DNA from: a virus
Taxonomy: Duplodnaviria; Caudoviricetes
IMG/VR virus record: IMGVR_UViG_3300020400_000001
Span: 1 to 58,929 of that record
Reading direction: 5' to 3' (one strand)
Length of the DNA: 58,929 nucleotides
Position numbers and translations under genes: made by a program. Below, piece by piece: positions 43,026 to 52,700 of this stretch; position 1 is the first letter of the stretch, and each line of letters starts with the position of its first letter. The notes beneath the pieces were generated by a model, which was given only the letters and a program-made list of their open reading frames with translations, had not been told where the DNA came from and searched no databases.

Positions 43026-43844
43026 TTGGAAACAAATCAAATCAAAAATGGTCAGATGTTTCAGAAAGTAAATGAGACAGACCGCAATGGTGGTGGTGGA
43101 CTATACGAAGTATTGGACATTACTGTAAATAAAATCAGAGACTATGAAGTAGGAGTAGCTATCATTGGTAAGGTAGGCACTACTGACACTATGGCTGTCC
43201 AGCTATCTGACCTGACTAATCACAGACAGTTTAGATTTAAAGGCGAGGCATCTTTAGAAGTCATCAAAGTACATAGACTTAAGTATGCAGATGGCACGAT
43301 AGACATTCTCTCAGAGAAACTCTTGAGTACATCGAAGGTTGATAATGTAAAAGAAGTTATCAATGCTGAGGCTGAGAAGAAATCTAGACCAGTCACAGTT
43401 TATAATATTACAAACAACCAGCGAGACACAGCCATGTCGAAAGCCTTCGCAGATGCAGAGGTCAAGAAATCCAAGGCTGTTGAGAAGCAAGAGCAACCTG
43501 AAGAAAAGGATGCAGAAGTTGTTTTGACTTTCGATTGCAAATCGATAGCGTTCTGTACTTATCATGACCTTCATGTCATAGGTCAATTCTTGAAGGGTCA
43601 TCCTGACAGAATGACTAACTGCCATACTAGGTTTAAAAATGCTTCTAGCAAGATTGCACACCAGCAAACTCTTGATAGGTTTAGGGATGGCAACATAAGT
43701 CTCAGGGATTTAAGAAGATACTCGCACAGCACTACAAGAAACTTAGGCTCTACTCTAAGCTTGGCTGGAGTTGTGACTAGGATAGCTAAAGCAGTTGTAC
43801 AGCTTGGCACTCCTATAGAGAAGAAAGACTTCGGAGTTGAATGA
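43026..43844 (+). CDS. Hypothetical protein
   Basis: GGGAGG RBS before TTG 43026. Confidence 0.65.
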   Translation: METNQIKNGQMFQKVNETDRNGGGGLYEVLDITVNKIRDYEVGVAIIGKVGTTDTMAVQLSDLTNHRQFRFKGEASLEVIKVHRLKYADGTIDILSEKLLSTSKVDNVKEVINAEAEKKSRPVTVYNITNNQRDTAMSKAFADAEVKKSKAVEKQEQPEEKDAEVVLTFDCKSIAFCTYHDLHVIGQFLKGHPDRMTNCHTRFKNASSKIAHQQTLDRFRDGNISLRDLRRYSHSTTRNLGSTLSLAGVVTRIAKAVVQLGTPIEKKDFGVE

Positions 43845-44155
43845 TGGGAGGATATGGCGAAAGATATGATGACTTGGGCGAAAGACAAGTCTCTCGTTGC
43901 ATCAAGGTCATTCAAAGAATTAGGAAGAAGAACAGACCTTTATTTGCTGAGGACTTCTATACTCTTGACGACAAGGTCAAGGATATAGTTAAGGAAACCG
44001 ATAGGCTAAGGAGAAGGATAGAAAGACTTGAAACCAAACGAGCAGAGTTGAGGGCGGACTTCAACCTCAGATGGTTCGGTGTAAAGTATTCTCCTTCTAC
44101 TTGGACATATTGGGCGGAAGCGATTAGAAGGTTCTTTTCTTTGCCACAAGATTAA
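43841..44155 (+). CDS. Hypothetical coiled-coil protein
   Basis: ATGA overlap; 104 aa. Confidence 0.65.
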   Translation: MMGGYGERYDDLGERQVSRCIKVIQRIRKKNRPLFAEDFYTLDDKVKDIVKETDRLRRRIERLETKRAELRADFNLRWFGVKYSPSTWTYWAEAIRRFFSLPQD

Positions 44156-45045
44156 TGAAGTACACTAATAAGAATAACTTGCCTGAAGAGATTGTTCGTG
44201 CTGTCCAGCAAGATACATACTCTAAGGGCAAAGCTTCTATTAGTGTGACTGGATTACTCTCTGCACCTCGACCTAATATCTTGGCGAGAGAACATCACAG
44301 CGAATTAGTTGTTGATGTATCAGACGAGATATGGAAGATATTAGGAACAGCTTCGCACTACATAATGGAACAAGCAAACATCGGTCACGAAGGAACGATA
44401 ACCGAAGAGCGTTTGTACTGGAATGTGCGAGGCTGGACTATCTCAGGACAGTTTGACTCGATGTCATTGAAAGACTCTACTCTTAGAGATTTGAAGGTCA
44501 CTTCCTCATGGACTGTGATGCACGCTCTGAAGGAAGGGAAGATTGAATGGGAACAACAGTTGAATTGTTATGCTTGGTTGTACAAGAAAAATCACAACAA
44601 GGATGTTGAGAAGTTGGAGATTATAACTATCAATAGAGATTGGTCTGAAAGACAGAAGCAGAGAAGCGGTGGGGATTATCCTGATGCTCAGGTATCAGTA
44701 ATACCTATCAAGCTTTGGACTGAAGAAGAGCAAGAAGAATTCATTGTGTCTAGAGTCAAGGCACATCAAGAGGCAGATGCTGACTATCTTATTAGTAAGG
44801 AGTTGCCCTTGTGTACTGACGAGGAACGATGGAAACAAGCTGACTCTTACAGAGTATTAAAGAAAAACAGAGTACGAGCAATTCGTATTCTGAATACCGA
44901 GGAGGAAGTGAACGATTTTATTAACGAACAAAACGATAAAGATTTGTATGTGGACTTTGTCAAAGGCGAGAGTCGTAAGTGTAAAGACTACTGCAATGTC
45001 TCACAGTTTTGTAATCAATACGCTATGGAGGTAGCCGATGGATGA
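44155..45045 (+). CDS. PD-(D/E)XK exonuclease (Cas4/RecB-like)
   Basis: LGTASH, EERL, SGQFD, DLKVT, QLNCY, C-terminal Cys cluster. Confidence 0.82.
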   Translation: MKYTNKNNLPEEIVRAVQQDTYSKGKASISVTGLLSAPRPNILAREHHSELVVDVSDEIWKILGTASHYIMEQANIGHEGTITEERLYWNVRGWTISGQFDSMSLKDSTLRDLKVTSSWTVMHALKEGKIEWEQQLNCYAWLYKKNHNKDVEKLEIITINRDWSERQKQRSGGDYPDAQVSVIPIKLWTEEEQEEFIVSRVKAHQEADADYLISKELPLCTDEERWKQADSYRVLKKNRVRAIRILNTEEEVNDFINEQNDKDLYVDFVKGESRKCKDYCNVSQFCNQYAMEVADG

Positions 45046-45424
45046 AAATATAACTGGTAATATTTACCTAATCACCACGACTTGTCGTGATGGTTTTCAC
45101 GAATACTATGACAAAGCAATGGTGTCTAGTAAATACAAATGGGGAGAACATCCCAAGGCTGAGGATGATGTGACTGAGCAATGTTATCTTTCTTGGAACT
45201 ACTCAAGTTGTCAGGATGCTGACAATCAGAACTGGTACACAGATGGAAACAGACTAATCAGAATTGACGAGGTTAGAAAACTTAAGAAGTCTGAAGCTAA
45301 GGTTATGCAGAAGCATGGAGTTGCTTATTGCTATGACCTTGATGACATCATACGAGGACAGTTGCCTGACCTAGAGGCATACTGGAATGAGCAAATGGAA
45401 ATGGAGGCAAATGCAAATGTCTGA
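45038..45424 (+). CDS. Hypothetical protein
   Basis: GGAGG RBS; 128 aa. Confidence 0.7.
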   Translation: MDENITGNIYLITTTCRDGFHEYYDKAMVSSKYKWGEHPKAEDDVTEQCYLSWNYSSCQDADNQNWYTDGNRLIRIDEVRKLKKSEAKVMQKHGVAYCYDLDDIIRGQLPDLEAYWNEQMEMEANANV

Positions 45425-46097
45425 CTATAAAGAAATATGGGAGACATTGTCTCAAGTAGATGTCTCAGAATATGTGGAAGAGAAGATGAACTTGTCTTAT
45501 CTTTCATGGAGTAGGGCATGGTACTTACTTTGTCAGAATTATCCTGATGCTAAGTATTTGTATCATGAGCCGAAGAAATTTGAGGATGGCACTTTAGAAG
45601 TTGCTGTCACTATAACCATTGGCGAGTGTAGTCGTTCTGCTACCTTGCCAGTTATGGACTACAAGAACAATAGCATAATCAATCCTGATAGTAGGCAAAT
45701 CAACGACAATAAACAGAGATGTTTTACGAAGGCGATTGCCATGTTCGGATTGGGTATATCATTGTATATGGGTTTCTCGGATGACTTGCCTGACGAAAGC
45801 AAGGACAAGAAGTCTGAGGAAGTAAAAAAGAAAACAGCTAAGAAGGTTGTCAAGATGAAAGAAGAACAGCCTCAGAAAGAAGAAGAGCCAGCTTATGATG
45901 AAGCTTGGGCGGAAGCTTTCGTTGAGGGAATGTCTTTGATTATCACAGCTTTTGATAACACCGAAGAACTCAGGTCGAACTACAAGTCTAATGCAAAGCA
46001 TATCGCTGTATTGGGCGAGAAGTTTCCTGACCACAAGGAAAAGTTAGATACGCTGTTCACAGATAAAGCCGAAGAACTTAACAAGAAGGAGGGTTAA
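45417..46097 (+). CDS. Sak/Rad52-like single-strand annealing protein (DUF1071)
   Basis: LSYLSWSRAW, LPVMDYKN, QRCFTKAIAMFGLGISLY. Confidence 0.85.
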   Translation: MSDYKEIWETLSQVDVSEYVEEKMNLSYLSWSRAWYLLCQNYPDAKYLYHEPKKFEDGTLEVAVTITIGECSRSATLPVMDYKNNSIINPDSRQINDNKQRCFTKAIAMFGLGISLYMGFSDDLPDESKDKKSEEVKKKTAKKVVKMKEEQPQKEEEPAYDEAWAEAFVEGMSLIITAFDNTEELRSNYKSNAKHIAVLGEKFPDHKEKLDTLFTDKAEELNKKEG

Positions 46098-46098
46098 T

Positions 46099-46419
46099 AT
46101 GGCAGACGAAAGACCGCAAAGCGATGGTGCAATCTATCAGAACAATTTCAAAAAGACTGATAAACAGCCTGATTGGACTGGGAAGATTGAGATACACAGA
46201 GACACTCTGAAAGAGTTGGTAGAGAAAGTTAAGACTGGAGAACCAGCAGAACTCAGAGTAGCTTTATGGGATAGGACTAGTAAGAATGGCAACGACTACA
46301 AGTATGCTCGTCTTGATATTCCTATGAAACAAAATACTGAGACTAAAGCTGAAGAGCCGAAGCCTGAAGAGGAGAAGCGAACTCATCCAGTCTTGGAAGA
46401 TATTGATGTGCCATTCTAG
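46099..46419 (+). CDS. ssb: Single-stranded DNA-binding protein
   Basis: Follows sak; KQPDWTG, VALW; acidic C-terminal EDIDVPF tail. Confidence 0.72.
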   Translation: MADERPQSDGAIYQNNFKKTDKQPDWTGKIEIHRDTLKELVEKVKTGEPAELRVALWDRTSKNGNDYKYARLDIPMKQNTETKAEEPKPEEEKRTHPVLEDIDVPF

Positions 46420-46424
46420 TTGTT

Positions 46425-46640
46425 ATGGAATTTGAGTATGACAGCAAGATAGGTTTTGAAGAGAACTTCAAGCTTTGGTACAACGAGAACTCTAGGGAAA
46501 GGAGGGCATATAACCAAGAGCCTCATCCTTTTCCTATTGGCAAAAGGATTTTCACAGAACTCTATGGTAATAGAATTCTTGAAAAGAAAAACTTAACTAA
46601 TTTTTTTGGAGGTGCAGATGGCACAGAAACAGAGAAGTAA
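46425..46640 (+). CDS. Hypothetical protein
   Basis: 71 aa ORF. Confidence 0.6.
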   Translation: MEFEYDSKIGFEENFKLWYNENSRERRAYNQEPHPFPIGKRIFTELYGNRILEKKNLTNFFGGADGTETEK

Positions 46641-46899
46641 TCTACCATCATACGATGGCTATCATAAGATATTCGATAGGATATATGGGATAGTAGAAAG
46701 GAGATTTGAATTTGAGGTTCATGAAGTTTTAGAAACTGTATTCAATGAACTGGAAAAGAAAGAAGAACCTAGCTACTCAGCAATCAAGGATATGATGGAT
46801 GCACTTAAGCAAAGGACTATCAGAGAACTTCAAGACTTTGAATGTGAGATAGGAGAATTGCTTGAAGGCAGAGCATCAATGGGGGTCGATGATGGATAA
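46618..46899 (+). CDS. Hypothetical protein
   Basis: GGAGGTG RBS gives start 46618. Confidence 0.7.
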   Translation: MAQKQRSNLPSYDGYHKIFDRIYGIVERRFEFEVHEVLETVFNELEKKEEPSYSAIKDMMDALKQRTIRELQDFECEIGELLEGRASMGVDDG

Positions 46900-47032
46900 G
46901 ACATTTATAGTGAAGGGAAGTTTTGAGTTTGAAGTAGAAGCTGAAACTTATGAAGATGCGATTGAAGAAACTAACGACAAACTAAATCTATCTAACATTG
47001 AATTTGAAGTTGAGGAGGTAGGGAATGAGTAA
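46892..47032 (+). CDS. Small acidic protein (46 aa, not in ORF track), VEAE-x2-EDA family
   Basis: MDKTFIVKGSFEFEVEAETYEDAIEE... Confidence 0.65.
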   Translation: MDKTFIVKGSFEFEVEAETYEDAIEETNDKLNLSNIEFEVEEVGNE

Positions 47033-47297
47033 AGGACTTTACACATTTGAGCAATCTATCAATAGGATTGAAGAGATAACAGTTGAAGCTGAAAGTCTTG
47101 AAGATGCTAGAAGGCAAGTAGACCTAGCTGATGATGAACAATGGGAAGTTGTCTATAGCGAAGGAGTTGATTTGGTTTGTGTCTGTACACCAGCCATGAG
47201 AGACGAGATAGAAGATGCAGAAATTGTCGAAGAGAACGCTGACAAATATCAAGCTATCAAATCTGACAACGCAGATTTTTTCACGCAGAAACTTTGA
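47025..47297 (+). CDS. Small acidic protein, VEAE-x2-EDA (DpnD/PcfM-like) family
   Basis: ITVEAESLEDAR; GAGGAGG RBS. Confidence 0.7.
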   Translation: MSKGLYTFEQSINRIEEITVEAESLEDARRQVDLADDEQWEVVYSEGVDLVCVCTPAMRDEIEDAEIVEENADKYQAIKSDNADFFTQKL

Positions 47298-47321
47298 CCA
47301 GTAATATTTTATGGAGAAGCT

Positions 47322-47459
47322 ATGGACAAGACTGATTTCACAAACCTAAAAAGGTATTTGACTTTGCTTGATAACTGCATCGGAAGTTGCAACAAAGCAA
47401 CAGAGTATGCAAAGCAGAAAGTTTGGCAAGAAGTAGAAAGACTTGAGGGGGAAGCATGA
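47322..47459 (+). CDS. Hypothetical protein (45 aa, not in ORF track)
   Basis: GGAG RBS; MDKTDFTNLKRYL...; ATGA overlap with next gene. Confidence 0.6.
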   Translation: MDKTDFTNLKRYLTLLDNCIGSCNKATEYAKQKVWQEVERLEGEA

Positions 47460-47797
47460 GCGAAGAAGTAATAGAGAATTGGCAACACATGATTAGAAAG
47501 TTAGCACCTCTAATCGAAGATGCGATGGTTCAAGTACATACGAAAGAAGCGGAGGTCAAGCAGTTGCAAGCTGTGTTGAAGCTGAAAGCTTTGGATAGTG
47601 GTATCAAAACCAATAGCGGTCAGGAGACTTATGCCGAAGCATCGGAAGAGTTGAAGGATGCTAGGATAAAAGTTGGGGTAGCTAAAGGAACACTCGAAGC
47701 TATACGAGTAAAGCTGAAGAGTCTTGAGGTTGGCTATGAAGTTTGGCGAACAAGAGAAGTTTCTCAGAGGAGAGAACAAGCTAGGTATGGTGCTTAG
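47456..47797 (+). CDS. Coiled-coil protein in recombination cluster
   Basis: 113 aa, helical, YEVWRT motif. Confidence 0.65.
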   Translation: MSEEVIENWQHMIRKLAPLIEDAMVQVHTKEAEVKQLQAVLKLKALDSGIKTNSGQETYAEASEELKDARIKVGVAKGTLEAIRVKLKSLEVGYEVWRTREVSQRREQARYGA

Positions 47798-47955
47798 ATT
47801 TAGTTGGTACTTTGCTAACATCATACCTAGTCAAGTCGTTCTTTGGCATTTGCGCCATGTTATAACGACTCTAAATAATATAACTAAAACGATGCCAGTC
47901 AAATTTTCGGTGTGGGAGTTTTCTGACTATAACTAAAACTCCCCTACTTAATTAC

Positions 47956-48267
47956 ATGAAAGGAAAGACACCGACTAAAGAAGAACAGAAACATATGGAT
48001 AGAGTAAGAGCGTTGGGTTGTATTGTGTGCCTCAATAATGGGTATCCAAATACACCAGCAGAAATACATCACATCATAGATGGCGAAAGAAGTCATATGA
48101 AAGTCTTGCCTTTGTGTGCAATCCATCATAGAAATGGCAGTCACAATCCACCGATAAGCAGACATCCAAACAAGAAAAGATTTGAAGAAGCATATGGAAC
48201 AGAAGAAGAATTGTTAGTACAGGTTGGCGAGTTGTTGGAAGAAAATATTACTAGGAATAGTTTATGA
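47956..48267 (+). CDS. Ref-like (RecA-dependent) HNH nuclease
   Basis: GCIVC...PAEIHH...LPLCAIHHR...FEEAYGTEEELL. Confidence 0.8.
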   Translation: MKGKTPTKEEQKHMDRVRALGCIVCLNNGYPNTPAEIHHIIDGERSHMKVLPLCAIHHRNGSHNPPISRHPNKKRFEEAYGTEEELLVQVGELLEENITRNSL

Positions 48268-48608
48268 AACCACAATCTGCAAAAGCAAAAGGAAGGAATT
48301 TACAGAAATGGTTTGTAGAAAAACTGGTGGAGTTTTTGAAACTAGACGAAGAGGATTTAGAGTCAAGACCTATGGGTAGTCAAGGCGAAGATATAATCAT
48401 GGGTAAGCAATCAAGAGATGTCTTTCCCTATAGTATTGAATGTAAGAACCAAGAAGCCTTGAATGTATGGAAAGCTTACGAACAAGCTACTGAAAACTGC
48501 AAGGGGTATGAACCTTTGGTAGTAATCAAAAGAAACAGAACAAAGCCACTCGTTGTCGTGGATGCAGAACACTTTATTAAATTATTTATGGAGGTAAATG
48601 ATGAGTGA
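48264..48608 (+). CDS. Putative Holliday junction resolvase (PD-(D/E)XK)
   Basis: SAKAKGRNLQ, GEDI, SIECKNQE, PLVVIKRNR. Confidence 0.75.
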   Translation: MKPQSAKAKGRNLQKWFVEKLVEFLKLDEEDLESRPMGSQGEDIIMGKQSRDVFPYSIECKNQEALNVWKAYEQATENCKGYEPLVVIKRNRTKPLVVVDAEHFIKLFMEVNDE

Positions 48609-48927
48609 AAAACAAATGAAAATGGGCGATGAGTCTATTCCACAATACAACTTCTCTGTTGATGTTGTAGAACAGACTGTCGATTTAAGAAACTTTACTA
48701 TCGAAAGCACCAATCCTTTGGGCGATGATGAGATGGATGAGGTCATTGAAGCTTTGTCTCAGGTAGATATAAATACTGAGGGAAGTTCCATCCACTATAG
48801 AAACGATAAAGGCAACGACATATTCGTTATCTTTCGTGGCACAGAGTATGGCGATGATGCTCAGATAAGTATAGAAAACTTCATTAACTTTGAAGATACT
48901 AACGAATTGGGTAGGTCAGTTAAATAA
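48601..48927 (+). CDS. Hypothetical acidic protein
   Basis: GGAGGT RBS; about 108 aa. Confidence 0.65.
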   Translation: MSEKQMKMGDESIPQYNFSVDVVEQTVDLRNFTIESTNPLGDDEMDEVIEALSQVDINTEGSSIHYRNDKGNDIFVIFRGTEYGDDAQISIENFINFEDTNELGRSVK

Positions 48928-49127
48928 TGGCTAACAAAGTAAAGGTCATCATGCTAGAAAAGACTTACCAATGCTACCATGTAGATGCTGAGTCTCTAGA
49001 AGAAGCTGTCGATAAACTCATGGATGGGTTAGACAATGAAGGCAAGCCAATCGAGGATGGTATCGAAAGGACTTGGCGAGATATTGAAGAGACAGAATTC
49101 ATGGATGAAAACTATCTAGAGATATGA
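48927..49127 (+). CDS. Small acidic protein, VDAE-x2-EEA family
   Basis: YHVDAESLEEAV; TAATG coupling. Confidence 0.65.
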   Translation: MANKVKVIMLEKTYQCYHVDAESLEEAVDKLMDGLDNEGKPIEDGIERTWRDIEETEFMDENYLEI

Positions 49128-49471
49128 GTCTACTAGCGGAACAACTTAAGGAAGAACTTGAAGAACGAAAGAGACATTGGTGGGATTGGCATAAGAAAAA
49201 TCCTCAAGTGTGGGAAGCGTTTGAAGAGTACACGCTAAGAGCGATACAGTCAGGAAGGAAACATTATTCCCAATGGGCGATTATCAATCGGATACGCTGG
49301 GATAGAGAGATAGAAACTCAAGGAGGAGACTTCAAGATTAGTAATGATTACATATCTTTCTATGCTAGGTTGTTCCATGCTAGGCATCCACAACACAAAG
49401 GGTTCTTTAGAACCAAACCATTCAAAGAAGAAAAGTTAATAGAAAAACTAAATGAAACTTTAGACTTCTAA
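49124..49471 (+). CDS. Conserved hypothetical phage protein
   Basis: HKKNPQVW..F, IINRIRW, FKISNDYISFYARLF. Confidence 0.7.
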   Translation: MSLLAEQLKEELEERKRHWWDWHKKNPQVWEAFEEYTLRAIQSGRKHYSQWAIINRIRWDREIETQGGDFKISNDYISFYARLFHARHPQHKGFFRTKPFKEEKLIEKLNETLDF

Positions 49472-49541
49472 ACAAAAGTCCTAGCTGGGTATTCTTTAAG
49501 GATTGTTCAAACCTAGCTAGGCACTAATCCAAAACAACTCC

Positions 49542-49685
49542 CACCTGCGACCCAGATTTTTTAGCTCCGAAGAAAATATTACCAGTTATAGTTTGTGCTT
49601 TAAGGCTTTCAGTTCTGCTGATTTCTGGCTGTCACCTGCAACCCAGATTTTTCGAGCTTTGAGAAAATATTACTGGTCAATGTTT
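49542..49685 (+). repeat. Two imperfect 53-bp direct repeats at the convergence of the two genome arms
   Basis: CACCTGCRACCCAGATTTTT...AGAAAATATTACYRGT...GTTT at 49542-49594 and 49633-49685. Confidence 0.8.
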
Positions 49686-49709
49686 CACACTCTGGTGTTT
49701 CACAGATAG

Positions 49710-52700
49710 TTATTGATTTATGAAAGTTTCTATTTTGGTACGAAGATAAGGTACTTTGGATAGTCTTGCATTTCTAGCAAGGTCAAGTTGCATAAGCAAT
49801 TCTTTTTTTACTTCGTCTGAGATAGTCTCGTCTCTTTTGATTGCATCTCTTCTATCTCTGTATCTTTTCATATACCTATCGATACGCAACACTTGAGGTC
49901 TGGTTTCTATCAAGCCTTCATTGTTGGCTCGAAATGTTTGGACTTCTTTAAACATACCTCTTTCTTTCAGTTCATTGATAGTTGCAATGGCTCTATTGCT
50001 TTCCTCTCTTAGTTCATAGAATTGTTGCTGAACACCAGCACCTACTTCAGAGGCAAATATACGCTTCAGGAGAGGCAATCTATCTATAGTAGGGGTCACT
50101 ATGTCTTTACCAGTCACGCCTCTTGTGACCGCATCTATGAGGCTCAGAATGTAAGTACCTATAGTTCCGCCATATCCACTCAAAGCATATTCAAGTTTCA
50201 TAGGAGAAATGTTCAAGCCTTGTCCTATTAATCTAATGAATTCGTTTGTTTGAGGTGTGGCTTGTAGCCTAGGTTCTAAGCTTCTTTCTATATAATCAGG
50301 TACAACACGATTACCAGTAAAGCCACTTCTATTATTTATGTATGCTTCATAGAAAGGTTTGATAGCTTGGAAACCAAAGATGTCTACCATAAATGTTTGA
50401 GTCAATGCCCTTGAAGATGTTCTGCTTAAATCTTCTAAGCTTGATTGACCCATTAGAACATCTGCTATTCTCTCAGGTAAAGTCTTGAACAAAACTCCTA
50501 CTTCAAAAGGTACTGGTATTTTTAAAGGTGGGAGTCCTTCAGATGAAAAGATAAACCAGTTGTCATCTCTTTCTTCTCTTCTTCTTGCTCTGTACTCATC
50601 CTTGTCACTAACCATTGCATAATAAAGTAGTGTAGCCATTGCAAGCAATCCACCTCTTAATGCAAATCCTTTGATAATATTATTACGAATTTGGTTATCT
50701 GAGGTGACAGCAGCTCCCGGGCTGCCTGCAGAATATTTACCAGTCATACTTCTGTACAGTACATCTAGTCCTTGTATTCTTGCATTTAAGAATGGAATAG
50801 CTGTTGTAATAATAGACATAATTGGATGCCCACCTCTTCTTGAGAAGTTAATTATTTCTGATGCTTGGAAAGCCGCTTCGGTGTGACTGCCAGTAGCTTC
50901 TAAAACTTTTTTATAAACACCTAATCTTGTTGCACCATCTGACTCATAAGTTTTTCTGCCTAAATAATCCCATACTTTTATCATGGCATCTTTAGGATTA
51001 AGACTACCATTCTCTCCAAAGCCAGCCTCTTTTACTTTCTTGTCAAAAAATCTAACTGCATCTACAGAGTCTGCTGAATAATCGTATCCTCCAAGGACAC
51101 CAAATCTTTCTAGCTCTCTTAAATCCGTAGCACCAAATAGTTGAAAATTTCTAAAGGTATCTATGACAGGTGTTATGCGAGAACCACTTGTTACAGAAGC
51201 TGACATTGTATCTCTCAACATATTAATAAGTATAAATCCGGGGTCTCTTGTGACTGTTTCTCTAAGTAGAGTTGCAGGCATACCTAGGAAAGTAGATATA
51301 ACTCCCAAGTCATCTTGTATGCCGAGTGTTCTTAAGCCTTCAAAGTAATATGGGTCAGCTACTTGAAAGAATTTTTTTCTACCATCTACAAATACTGGAA
51401 TAATATCTATGCCTTGTGCTTTATCAGATGGCACTTCTCTTGCGCCTAATTCTAAATCTCCATCAGCATTATCTACTCTTGATAGGAGATGGTTTCTCAT
51501 AAGCTTTTGTGCAGCATCGTTTCTCATTCCAGCAGTAAGAATTGCTAGTTGATTTCTTAGAATAGCTTCAATAGGTCTGACATTAACAGCTTCTTGCTTA
51601 CCTCTCATGGGTATGGCTAGAGGATTACCACCAAGTATTCCGCCACCTATATTAGGTGCATTAACTTTGCTTTCAGCTTCATTAACCATGGCTCTATAAA
51701 AAGGATAGTAAGAAGCATCATCCTTCCATATCTGTGCAGTAGACCTAGTCTCAATAATATTTTCAGGTTGTAGTCCTTTAACACTATTAAACTGTTCAGC
51801 AAGTAATAATAACTTAGCATCCGAAGCATCTTTTGCTGACTCAATACCATTGTCTAATAAAGCTTTTCTTATTTCAGGTATTGGTGCTAAGTCAGAAATC
51901 ATTCCAGTATCTATACCAAACTGTATAGTCTTTGCATTTATCTCTGTAAAAATATCCCAAGCTTCTTTAACTTCTTTGTATTCATTTCCTATAGCTAGAG
52001 CTTGTTCAATCTTAGCTACAGTTGCATCTAAGTCTATCTCTCCATCTTCTTTATTAACTTGTAAAGGTATTGGTTGTCCTTTAACTAACTTGCCATTTTC
52101 ATCATACTGATTTTTATCTAAGATAGTTTTACTTCTAATACCTACTCCATAAGTACCAAAAAGTTTTTCAGCATCTATGCTTTCTTTCTGTGCTAAGTCA
52201 TATAATCTTCCAAAAGCATTTATAAAATTTAATCTTCCATCTATTTCAACAGAAGCTAATCCATTCTTCATGGTCATAAAACCATCTTTAATTACAGATG
52301 CAAAAATACCTTTAGCTTTATCTGTCCACAACATAGCTTGGTATGCACCAGTCTCTGCAAATCTTTCTATGTTTTCTAAATCTGGATTAGCTGCAACATT
52401 CTTTTTAATACCTTGTAGTTCTTTGTTGTACTTATCAATGATTGCTGCTCTCAAAGATGTAAGCCATCTACTTGGATTTCCAAAAACAGTTCCTTCTGAT
52501 ACTCTTTCCCAAAAAGATAAAGGTGCATCTTCTATTTGTCCTAAAGCATCATCAACTATTTTTTCATGTTCTTTAGGTACAGGTTGTTTATCTATTCTAA
52601 AAGTAGGTAAGTCTTTATAGCTTTCATCATTTTCTTGTTCTATTTCATATGCAACTTTTTGCGCTAAGTCACTTGCCTTATTATTAAATCTAGGCACAGC

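Noticed and set aside
49542-49685. Direct repeats as a mini CRISPR array
   Set aside because: Only two imperfect 53-bp units and no cas operon; the 44155 nuclease fits a phage recombination exonuclease
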